NCBI GenBank assembly: GCA_036736065.1
Contig: DAINND010000001.1
Span: 16,676 to 59,314, forward strand
Source of the DNA: Ilumatobacteraceae bacterium
GTDB taxonomy: Bacteria > Actinomycetota > Acidimicrobiia > Acidimicrobiales > Ilumatobacteraceae
Length of the DNA stretch: 42,639 nucleotides
Direction: 5' to 3'
Shown here: positions 36,159-42,639 of the stretch, piece after piece
Layout of the letters: every line of letters begins with the position of its first letter
How positions within the stretch are numbered: position 1 is the first letter of the stretch
Position numbers and translations under genes: made by a program
Notes under the pieces: model-generated
Databases searched by the model: none
Seen by the model: only the letters and a program-made list of their open reading frames with translations
What the model was told of the DNA's origin: nothing

Positions 36159-37883
36159 TCAGCGCCGGGCCAGGGCCACCGGCACCGCCGCACCGACCTG
36201 TTCGGCCGCCTGCTTCGCGTGGTAGCTCGAGCGAGTGAGCGGGCTCGCTTCGACGTGCCCGATGCCGAGCGCTGTGCCCGCCGCGGCCCAGTGCGCGAAC
36301 TCGTCCGGCTCGACCCAGCGAGCCACGGGCAGGTGGTGCGAGGTGGGCCGCAGGTACTGGCCGATGGTGACGATGTCGACCCCGACGGCGGCGAGGTCGG
36401 CCAGGCAGCCCACCACCTCGTCCGCGGACTCGCCCATGCCGACGATGCGGCCCGACTTGGTGGTGAGGCCGGCCGCCTTCGCGCGTGCGAGCACGCCGAG
36501 CGACCGCGCATAGCCGGCCGAGGGGCGCACGGCACGCTGCAACCGCGCGACGGTCTCGATGTTGTGGTTGAGCACGTCGGGGCGGGCCGCGAACAGCAGT
36601 TCGAGCGACGTCGGATCGCCCTTCGCGTCGCTGATCAGCGTCTCGATGCGGGTGCGCGGCATCCGCTCACGGATCGCCGCGACGCACGCAGCGACATGGG
36701 CCATGCCGCCGTCGGCGAGGTCGTCGCGGGCCACCATGGTGAGCACGGCATGGTCGAGACCCATCCTGGCCACCGCCTCGGCGACCCGAGTCGGCTCGTC
36801 GGCTGCGGGGGCCTCGGGGCGCTGCGTGTCGACCAGGCAGAACCCACAGGCCCTGGTGCAGCGCTCGCCGAGCACCATGAACGTCGCAGTGCCGTCGGCC
36901 CAGCAGTCGCTCAGGTTCGGGCAGCCGGCCTCCTCGCAGACGGTCACCAGGCCGAGGTCGCGCACCGTCTGCTTCAGCTGCAGCACGCCAGCGCCGTGCA
37001 CCACCTTCGGCCGCAGCCAGTCGGGCTTGCGGGCCGCGATGGCCAGCCCGCCGGTGACGCCGGCCTGGTCGAGCCTGCCGAGCAGCCGCGCCGGCACGGT
37101 GCCGTGATCGGCTGCCGAGCGGACGGGGGCACCGGCACCGAGGCCCCGCGAGAAGGCGGACAGGTCGTCGGGACGGTGCTTCCACGCCACGTCCTGACGT
37201 TCGACGGCGCCGTCGGCCCAGATCGTCGCGGCGTGACGGACGAGCACGTCGACCACTGTCTGCATCGGCACGTCGACGCCCTCTTCGGCGAGCGAGGTGA
37301 CCGGCTTGTCGGCGATGCCGCACGGCACGATGTGCTCGCGCATGTAGGTGAGGTCGGGGTGCACGTTCAGTGCGAACCCGTGCATCGTCCGCCCGTGCGC
37401 CAGCCGCACCCCGATCGCGCAGATCTTGCGCGGCGTCGGCCCACCCACACCCACCCACACCCCGGGGTACTCGCTCAGCACGCCGACGTCGTCGAGGCCG
37501 AGCTCGCCCAGCGTGCGGACCACGACCTCCTGCACCGCGGCGACGTGCTGGGCCGCGCCCAGGCTGTTCGGCACGCTGAGCACCGGGTAGCCCACCAGCT
37601 GGCCCGGGCCGTGGTAGGTGACGTCCCCGCCGCGCTTGACCGCCACGAGCTCGGCGCCGACGGCGTCGGGGTCGCAGCGCAGGTTGCGTTCGAGCTCGGT
37701 GCGCGGACCGTAGGTGAACACGTGCGGATGCTCGAGCAGCAGCAGGTGCTGCTCGGACCCGTTGTCGAACAGGCCCTGCTGGAGAGCCAGCGCCTCGCGG
37801 TAGGGCACGGAGCCGAGCCAGCGGGCCCGCAGGGGCCCGATCACGGCGTCGCGCTCGGCGTCAGAGCTCGGCGTCCCACTCAC
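36159..37883 (-). CDS. lipB/lipA: Fused octanoyltransferase LipB / lipoyl synthase LipA (single 574 aa ORF)
   Basis: Residues 1 to about 235 are LipB (LLLLEHPHVFTYG, RGGDVTYHGPGQLVGYP, RKICAIGVRL, HGFALNV, IVPCGI). Residues from about 263 to 574 are LipA (CEEAGCPNLSDCW, CTRACGFC, RDDL.DGG, HNIETV, GMGE, TIGQYL, RSSYHA). The frame is the same throughout with no intervening stop. Confidence 0.85.
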   Translation of the reverse strand: MSGTPSSDAERDAVIGPLRARWLGSVPYREALALQQGLFDNGSEQHLLLLEHPHVFTYGPRTELERNLRCDPDAVGAELVAVKRGGDVTYHGPGQLVGYPVLSVPNSLGAAQHVAAVQEVVVRTLGELGLDDVGVLSEYPGVWVGVGGPTPRKICAIGVRLAHGRTMHGFALNVHPDLTYMREHIVPCGIADKPVTSLAEEGVDVPMQTVVDVLVRHAATIWADGAVERQDVAWKHRPDDLSAFSRGLGAGAPVRSAADHGTVPARLLGRLDQAGVTGGLAIAARKPDWLRPKVVHGAGVLQLKQTVRDLGLVTVCEEAGCPNLSDCWADGTATFMVLGERCTRACGFCLVDTQRPEAPAADEPTRVAEAVARMGLDHAVLTMVARDDLADGGMAHVAACVAAIRERMPRTRIETLISDAKGDPTSLELLFAARPDVLNHNIETVARLQRAVRPSAGYARSLGVLARAKAAGLTTKSGRIVGMGESADEVVGCLADLAAVGVDIVTIGQYLRPTSHHLPVARWVEPDEFAHWAAAGTALGIGHVEASPLTRSSYHAKQAAEQVGAAVPVALARR

Positions 37884-39471
37884 GGGTCTCGAGGATCTCC
37901 TTGACCTTCACGAGGAACCCGGCCGCATAGGCGCCGTCGAAGGCCCGATGGTCCCAGCTCATCGCCAGGTTGCCGACGGGATGGATGACGATCGCCTCAC
38001 CACCGTCGGGCAGCTTGGCCACCACGGGCTTGCGCACGATCGCGTCGGTCGAGATGATCGCCACCTGCGGCTGGTTGATGATCGCCATCGTCAGCACACT
38101 GCCGGCCGATCCGTTGTTCGAGATCGTGAAGGTGCCGCCCTGGATCTCGTCCGGGCTCAGCTTGCGGCTCCGGGCGCGTCCGGCGAGGTCGTTGATCTCG
38201 CGAGCGATGGCCCGCAGGCGCTTGGTCTCGGCGGCGCGCACGACCGGCACGAGCAGGCCCTGGAAGTCGAGGTCGACGGCTACGCCGATGTCGATGAAGT
38301 GGTGCACCACCAGGTCGTCCCCCTGCACGCTCGCGTTGAGGTGTGGGAACTCGACGAGCGCATCGACGATGGCCCGGGTGATGAAGGGGAGGTAGGTGAG
38401 GCTGAAGCCCTCGGCCTGCTTCCACGACTGCTTCACCCGGCTGCGTGTGGCGTCGACATTCGCGTAGTCGACCTCGACCACGCTGAAGGCGTGCGGGCTC
38501 ACCGACTTGCTCATCACCATGTGGCTGCCGGTGAGGCGGCGGATCTTGCTGAGCGGCACGACCGTGTCGCGTGCTCCCGAAGCATCGGCGGTCGCCGGTG
38601 CAGGTGCTGGTGCCGGGGCTGGCGCAGGAGTCGGAGCGGGTGCAGGAGCTGGTGCCGGGGCGGGTGCAGGAGCAGGCGCAGGAGCCGGAGCAGGCGCAGG
38701 AGCCGTCGAGCCACCCAGGCGATCGATGTGGTCGAGCACGTTGTCGCGAGTGATCCGGCCCCCCGGTCCGGTGCCGACGATGTCGTCCGGATCGAGCCCG
38801 TGATCGGCGACCAGACGGCGCACCACCGGCGACAGGAGCCGGGCATCCCCGCCGGCGGTCTCGCTTCCGGCCGGCTCGCCGCCGCCTGCAGCAGGCTCCG
38901 GGCTCGGCGTCGCGGCATCGCCGTTGCGGGTGCGCGACGAGCGGGTGAAGCCCGCAGCCTCGGCGGCGGCGTCCGATGCGAAGTACACCTCGGCGACGGT
39001 GACCTCGTAGTGCTGGCTCTCCGTGGTGTGGTAGAGCATCGAGTTGACGTTGCCCTTCACGGGGAAGCCGGCCGGGGCCGAGCCGTCGGCGAGTGGGAGC
39101 GCCGATCCCGGCCACTGGCCGGTGCCCGCTGCCTGCGCAGGAACGGGCTCGGGAGCCGGAGCAGGTGCAGGCTCGGGGGCCGGGGCCGGCTCGGGAGCCG
39201 GAGCGGGAGCAGGTGCAGGAGCCGGAGCAGGTGCGTCGGCGCTGCCCACGACGGCGATCACGGCGCCGACGGGAACGGTGTCGCCCTCCTGGGCGAGGAT
39301 CTGCAGCACCGTGCCGGCGATCGGCGAAGGCACCTCGGTGTCGACCTTGTCGGTGCTCACCTCGAACAGCGGCTCGTCGGCCGCCACGGCGTCACCCACC
39401 TTCTTGAACCAGCGGGTGATCGTTCCCTCGGTGACGGTCTCGCCCAACTGGGGCAGGGTGACGTCGGCCAT
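37861..39471 (-). CDS. sucB: Dihydrolipoamide acyltransferase E2 (lipoyl domain - linker - extra module - E3-binding domain - linker - catalytic domain)
   Basis: The lipoyl domain has EVSTDKVDTEVPSP. The PSBD is LLSPVVRRLVADHGLDPDDIVGTGPGGRITRDNV. The catalytic core has SWDHRAFDG. GGAGAA lies upstream of ATG 39471. Confidence 0.92.
   Translation of the reverse strand: MADVTLPQLGETVTEGTITRWFKKVGDAVAADEPLFEVSTDKVDTEVPSPIAGTVLQILAQEGDTVPVGAVIAVVGSADAPAPAPAPAPAPAPEPAPAPEPAPAPAPEPVPAQAAGTGQWPGSALPLADGSAPAGFPVKGNVNSMLYHTTESQHYEVTVAEVYFASDAAAEAAGFTRSSRTRNGDAATPSPEPAAGGGEPAGSETAGGDARLLSPVVRRLVADHGLDPDDIVGTGPGGRITRDNVLDHIDRLGGSTAPAPAPAPAPAPAPAPAPAPAPAPTPAPAPAPAPAPATADASGARDTVVPLSKIRRLTGSHMVMSKSVSPHAFSVVEVDYANVDATRSRVKQSWKQAEGFSLTYLPFITRAIVDALVEFPHLNASVQGDDLVVHHFIDIGVAVDLDFQGLLVPVVRAAETKRLRAIAREINDLAGRARSRKLSPDEIQGGTFTISNNGSAGSVLTMAIINQPQVAIISTDAIVRKPVVAKLPDGGEAIVIHPVGNLAMSWDHRAFDGAYAAGFLVKVKEILETREWDAEL
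38590..38706 (-). repeat. (Ala-Pro)n linker-coding low-complexity repeat (E2 linker 2)
   Basis: Encodes APAPAPAPAPAPAPAPAPAPAPTPAPAPAPAPAPA. The DNA shows imperfect GCN-CCN hexamer periodicity. Confidence 0.85.
39136..39234 (-). repeat. (Ala-Pro)/(Glu-Pro) linker-coding low-complexity repeat (E2 linker 1)
   Basis: Encodes APAPAPAPAPAPEPAPAPEPAPAPAPEPVPA, directly after the lipoyl domain. Confidence 0.85.
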
Positions 39472-39496
39472 GGTGTTCTCCGTTCGATGCGAAAGG

Positions 39497-40906
39497 TCAG
39501 GCGTTCAGGGACCGGCCGGTGAGCGACAGCACGGTCTCTCCGAACAACTCGGTCAGGCTCGGGTGGGGTTGGATGAACTCGGCGACCTCGGCGACGGTGG
39601 CCTCCCAGTTGACCGCGAGGTAGCCGCCGCTCAACTGCTCGGTCACCCACGGGCCCACCATGTGGACGCCGAGGATCTGGCCAGCGGTGCCGTCGGGGTT
39701 CTTCTTCGCGATCACCTTCACCAGACCGTCCGTGTCGCCCAGGATCTGAGCGCGGCTGTTCGCGCGGAACTGGTGCTTGGCGACCACCACGTCGTGGCCG
39801 GCGGCCTTGGCCGCTTCCTCACCGGGGCCGGCCCAGGCGACCTCCGGATGGCAGTAGATGGCCCACGGCACGCGGTCGTAGTCGACCGGCGCGGGCCGCT
39901 CGCCGAGGAGGTGCTTGGTGACGAGGATCGCCTCCGCATAGCCGACGTGGGCGAGTTGCGGGGTGTTGATGAGGTCGCCGATGGCGTAGACGCCGGGCTC
40001 ACCGGTGCGGCAGTACTCGTCGACTTCGACGTAGCCGCGCTGGTCGACCTTCACCCCGGTGCCCTGCAGGCCGAGCTCGTCGGCGTAGGGGCGCCGGCCG
40101 ACGCTCACCACGACGGCGTCGACCTCGCGCGACTCGCCGTCGCCGAAGTGCACCACGGTGCCGCCCGCAGGGGTGGGCGTGTGCCCGGTGACCTTGACGC
40201 CGGTGCGGATGTCGATCTTCTTCTTCTTGAAGCTGCGCACCACCACGTTGGCCACGTCGGCATCGCGGCCGGGCAGGCTCTTGGGCATCCCCTCGAGGAT
40301 GGTGACCGCTGCGCCGAGGTCGGCGAAGGTGCTGGCGAACTCGCATCCGATCGCCCCGCCGCCGATGACGGCGATGCGCGGTGGCACGCGATCGAGCATG
40401 AGCACCTCGTCGCTCGTCATGATCGGCCCGCCGACCTCGAACCCAGGGATGGTGCGCGGCACCGAGCCGGAGGCGAGCAGCACATGGCGGCCGCGCAGCG
40501 AGGTGCTGCCACCTTCGTTGAGCCGCACGTTCACCGTGCGCTCCGCACCCAGCGAACCGGTTCCAGCCAGGATCGTGATCTTCTTCGACACCATGAACCC
40601 GGTGAGGCTCTTCACGATGCCGTCGACGATCTTCTGCTTGCGCGACTGCGACACGGCGAAATCGACCGTGGGGGCGCTCGAGGTGATGCCGAACTCGGAC
40701 GCGTGGGCGACGTGGCGGTGCACAGCAGCCGTCTCGAGATAGGCCTTCGCCGGGATGCAGCCGCGGTTGAGGCAGGTGCCACCCATGCTGCCCTTCTCGA
40801 CGATGGCGACCTTCAAGCCGGCGGAGGTGGCGTAGAGCGCAGCGCCATAGCCACCTGGGCCACCACCGATGACGACCAGGTCGAACTCGGTGTCGGCAGT
40901 GTCCAT
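39497..40906 (-). CDS. lpdA: Dihydrolipoyl dehydrogenase (E3)
   Basis: Reads DLVVIGGGPGGYGAA, the redox disulfide GGTCLNRGCIPAK, a second GxGxxG in VIGGGAIGCEF, and the C-terminal HPSLTE interface motif. GAGGAG lies upstream of ATG 40906. Confidence 0.93.
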   Translation of the reverse strand: MDTADTEFDLVVIGGGPGGYGAALYATSAGLKVAIVEKGSMGGTCLNRGCIPAKAYLETAAVHRHVAHASEFGITSSAPTVDFAVSQSRKQKIVDGIVKSLTGFMVSKKITILAGTGSLGAERTVNVRLNEGGSTSLRGRHVLLASGSVPRTIPGFEVGGPIMTSDEVLMLDRVPPRIAVIGGGAIGCEFASTFADLGAAVTILEGMPKSLPGRDADVANVVVRSFKKKKIDIRTGVKVTGHTPTPAGGTVVHFGDGESREVDAVVVSVGRRPYADELGLQGTGVKVDQRGYVEVDEYCRTGEPGVYAIGDLINTPQLAHVGYAEAILVTKHLLGERPAPVDYDRVPWAIYCHPEVAWAGPGEEAAKAAGHDVVVAKHQFRANSRAQILGDTDGLVKVIAKKNPDGTAGQILGVHMVGPWVTEQLSGGYLAVNWEATVAEVAEFIQPHPSLTELFGETVLSLTGRSLNA

Positions 40907-41001
40907 CGGTCAACTCCTCGCAAGTGCTCGGTCCGGCGCGACACGGTACCGCCTCGCACCGACACCCGTCGCCTTACTCGCTGGTAGTGCCACCACCTCG
41001 A

Positions 41002-41442
41002 TCACCCGGGCCGCACGAGCGACCAGCGTCGCACGTCTTCGCCACGTCGCACCACGAGCACGCGCACACCATCGGTCGGCGCAGCCGAGGTGTCGTAGCG
41101 CAGGGTGCACGTCTGCTCGGCCACGGTGGTGGCCCGGCAGCCTGCCGGATCGTCGCCAGGGTCCACCGGCGACAGCAGGTCGGAGGTGAGCAGGGTGAAG
41201 GCATCGAACCCCCGGGGGTCCTCGACGCCCGAGGTGCGGACCTCCACCTCCATCAGCCCGTCACCTTCGGCGGCCGACAGCACGGTGATCCGCAGGTCTC
41301 CGGCCTGCGCGGTGTCACCGATCGCGAAGGTGACCGAACCGGTCTCGTTCGCCCCGTCGAGGCGCAACAGCCAGAAGCCCCCGGCGACGAGGATCACGAG
41401 CCCGCAGGAGACGGCGAGCAGCAGCAGTGTTCGGGTCCGCAT
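41002..41442 (-). CDS. Small membrane-anchored/exported hypothetical protein
   Basis: The N-terminal signal-anchor is MRTRTLLLLAVSCGLVILVAGGFWLL. A domain of about 120 aa follows, with two Cys residues. No family was recognised. Confidence 0.6.
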   Translation of the reverse strand: MRTRTLLLLAVSCGLVILVAGGFWLLRLDGANETGSVTFAIGDTAQAGDLRITVLSAAEGDGLMEVEVRTSGVEDPRGFDAFTLLTSDLLSPVDPGDDPAGCRATTVAEQTCTLRYDTSAAPTDGVRVLVVRRGEDVRRWSLVRPG

Positions 41443-41465
41443 GGCATTTCCAGGCTACGGGCGCA

Positions 41466-41471
41466 TAGGGT
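41466..41471 (+). promoter_or_regulatory. -10 box (TAGGGT) for the leaderless redoxin gene
   Basis: Reads TAGGGT-ggagac-GTG(41478). Confidence 0.35.
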
Positions 41472-41477
41472 GGAGAC

Positions 41478-42101
41478 GTGCGTCGGTCCCGTGCCCTCAC
41501 TGCGAGCCTGGTCGCCGTGCTCGGCCTCGCTGCTGCAGCGTGCGGCGACGAGACGGCGGTCGAGTCCGCCGGGCTCGCCACCACGGCGCCGCCGACGATG
41601 GCCACCGCCACCACTGCGGCGACGGGGTCGACCGATCCGGCCACAACGGATCCGGCCAGCACCCCGCCGGCCACCGAGACGCCTGCCGTCGCGGCGCCGG
41701 AGGCGTTGCGCTTCACCGCTCCACTCGTCGGTGGCGGCACCTTCGACGGGACGACCGTGGCCGGCAAGCCCGTCGCGTTCTGGTTCTGGGCGCCTGGTTG
41801 AGGCACCTGCAACCGGGAAGCCCCCTCGGTCGAGGAGGCAGCGAAACGGTGGGCCGGCCAGGTCACCTTCATCGGCGTGGCCTGGATCGGCGACGACGAC
41901 TCCTTCCAGGGGTTCATCGACCGTCACGGGCTCACCTTCCCCGTGATCAGCGACGACCCGGGTGACGTGTTCGCCCGCTTCGACATCGCCGGTCAGCCGG
42001 CCTTCGCCGTCGTGGGCACCGATGGCGAGGTGCAGCAGCTGCTCGGCGCCGTCGACGACGAGATCATCGACGACGTCCTCACCGGCGTCGTCGGGAGCTG
42101 A
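41478..42101 (+). CDS. TlpA/ResA-like thioredoxin-fold lipoprotein with an in-frame TGA (41799-41801) at the first Cys of the CxxC motif: candidate selenoprotein (alternatively a nonsense pseudogene)
   Basis: Track ORFs 41478..41801 and 41877..42101 share one frame. The read-through product has lipobox LGLAAAAC and a Thr/Pro-rich linker. It continues KPVAFWFWAPG-TGA-GTC-NREAPSVEE...VTFIGVAW...GLTFPVISDD...FDIAGQPAFAVVGTDGEV. Confidence 0.55.
41806..41835 (+). other. SECIS-like stem-loop immediately downstream of the in-frame TGA
   Basis: The upper stem ACCGGG (41812-41817) pairs with CTCGGT (41825-41830), with one G-U pair. The loop is 7 nt, AAGCCCC. The lower stem is CCT.C (41806-41810) with G.AGG (41832-41835). 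The loop G lies about 20 nt from the TGA. Confidence 0.35.
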
Positions 42102-42150
42102 CGACACCGGCCGGGCCTCCGCCACGGCCGTCGTCGTGCCCTGAGGCGCC

Positions 42151-42639
42151 TCAGAGGCCCTGGCGGACCGCCTCGGCGCAGGCGAAGGACGCTTCGTTGG
42201 CCGTGATGTCATCGTCGTTGTACCAGTTCTTGCCGAGCAGGCACTCAGGTGCGATCAGCTCGTAGGGCACCTCGAACGAGTCGACCGCCCCGGCAGCGAC
42301 AAGACCGATGATGCAGGGCTGCGCCGCGGTCACCGCAGCGACGAACGACGCATCGTCCATCATGTAGACCGCGCCGAGCACGTAGAGCTCAGCCACCCCG
42401 CACTCGGGGTGGCGCACCGGAACCGGCACCAAGCTCGGGTCGACGCTGCCGTCGGCCATGCCTGCCTGGAGACAGCCGATCGCCGCCGCCGGATCGCCGA
42501 GAGCCGTGCACGCGTTGTACGCCCCGAAGTCGACATCTGTGTCGAAGCCTTCGGCGCCCTCCTCGATGATCAATGGCTCGTCGATCGATCCCCCGAGGCC
42601 GAGTGGCAGCAGACCGAAGCTGCCCTCGAAGGAGTCGAT
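42151..42639 (-). CDS. Cys-rich hypothetical protein, C-terminal part (5' end beyond the window)
   Basis: The minus-strand frame is open from the window edge (IDSFEGSFGLLPLGLGGSIDEPLIIEEG...). The track M at 42573 is an internal TTG. Six Cys residues occur in about 140 aa. No family was recognised. Confidence 0.5.
   Translation of the reverse strand: MDSFEGSFGLLPLGLGGSIDEPLIIEEGAEGFDTDVDFGAYNACTALGDPAAAIGCLQAGMADGSVDPSLVPVPVRHPECGVAELYVLGAVYMMDDASFVAAVTAAQPCIIGLVAAGAVDSFEVPYELIAPECLLGKNWYNDDDITANEASFACAEAVRQGL

Noticed and set aside
38590-39234. Periodic GCN-CCN repeats that superficially look like tandem repeats or an array.
   Set aside because: They are in frame within the E2 gene and encode the Ala/Pro-rich swinging-arm linkers typical of 2-oxoacid dehydrogenase E2 subunits. 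They are not CRISPR repeats or a non-coding satellite.
42141-42154. A perfect 14 nt palindrome, CTGAGGCGCCTCAG, between convergent genes, considered as a terminator or operator.
   Set aside because: It can form only a 5 bp stem with a 4 nt loop, and it overlaps a stop codon. That is too weak to call. It is probably a by-product of TGA/TCA stop codons in GC-rich context.

Overview
This is a very GC-rich chromosomal segment with strong GC3 bias. I judged this by eye and did not compute it. The gene content looks actinobacterial: mycothiol S-conjugate amidase, an LLM/F420-type oxidoreductase, lpd-E2-lipB-lipA synteny, and many TANNNT-N6/7-start (leaderless-type) gene starts. I support about 40 tightly packed protein genes. 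I saw no rRNA, tRNA, CRISPR array, transposase or integrase.

Gene order, left to right:
- nudC (partial) diverging from a thiolase
- SNase-like nuclease, YdjC-like deacetylase
- mca plus a coupled SCP2-like gene
- PEBP lipoprotein, PAS-GGDEF-EAL protein, acyl-CoA dehydrogenase
- DUF971 gene broken by an amber codon
- zinc-ribbon rhomboid protease
- molybdopterin oxidoreductase directly downstream of a complete recC-recB-recD operon
- overlapping Nudix/unknown gene pair
- membrane GGDEF protein with a degenerate A-site and an intact I-site
- thioesterase-LLM operon, amidase, MFS transporter, CoA-transferase
- ECF sigma factor plus a membrane Asp-box propeller protein
- 2OG oxygenase and a second acyl-CoA dehydrogenase
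- membrane protein diverging from a lipoprotein, M24 peptidase
- lpdA-E2-(lipB-lipA) operon
- a small exported-protein cluster at the right edge

Most interesting observations:
1. A TlpA/ResA-like redoxin lipoprotein has its only interruption as a TGA exactly at the first Cys of the CxxC motif, followed by a SECIS-like hairpin. This is a candidate selenoprotein.
2. lipB and lipA form one uninterrupted ORF.
3. The E2 acyltransferase carries an extra small folded module between its lipoyl domain and E3-binding domain.
4. The GGDEF protein looks like a c-di-GMP receptor rather than a cyclase.

The long ORFs antisense to these genes are GC-content artefacts.
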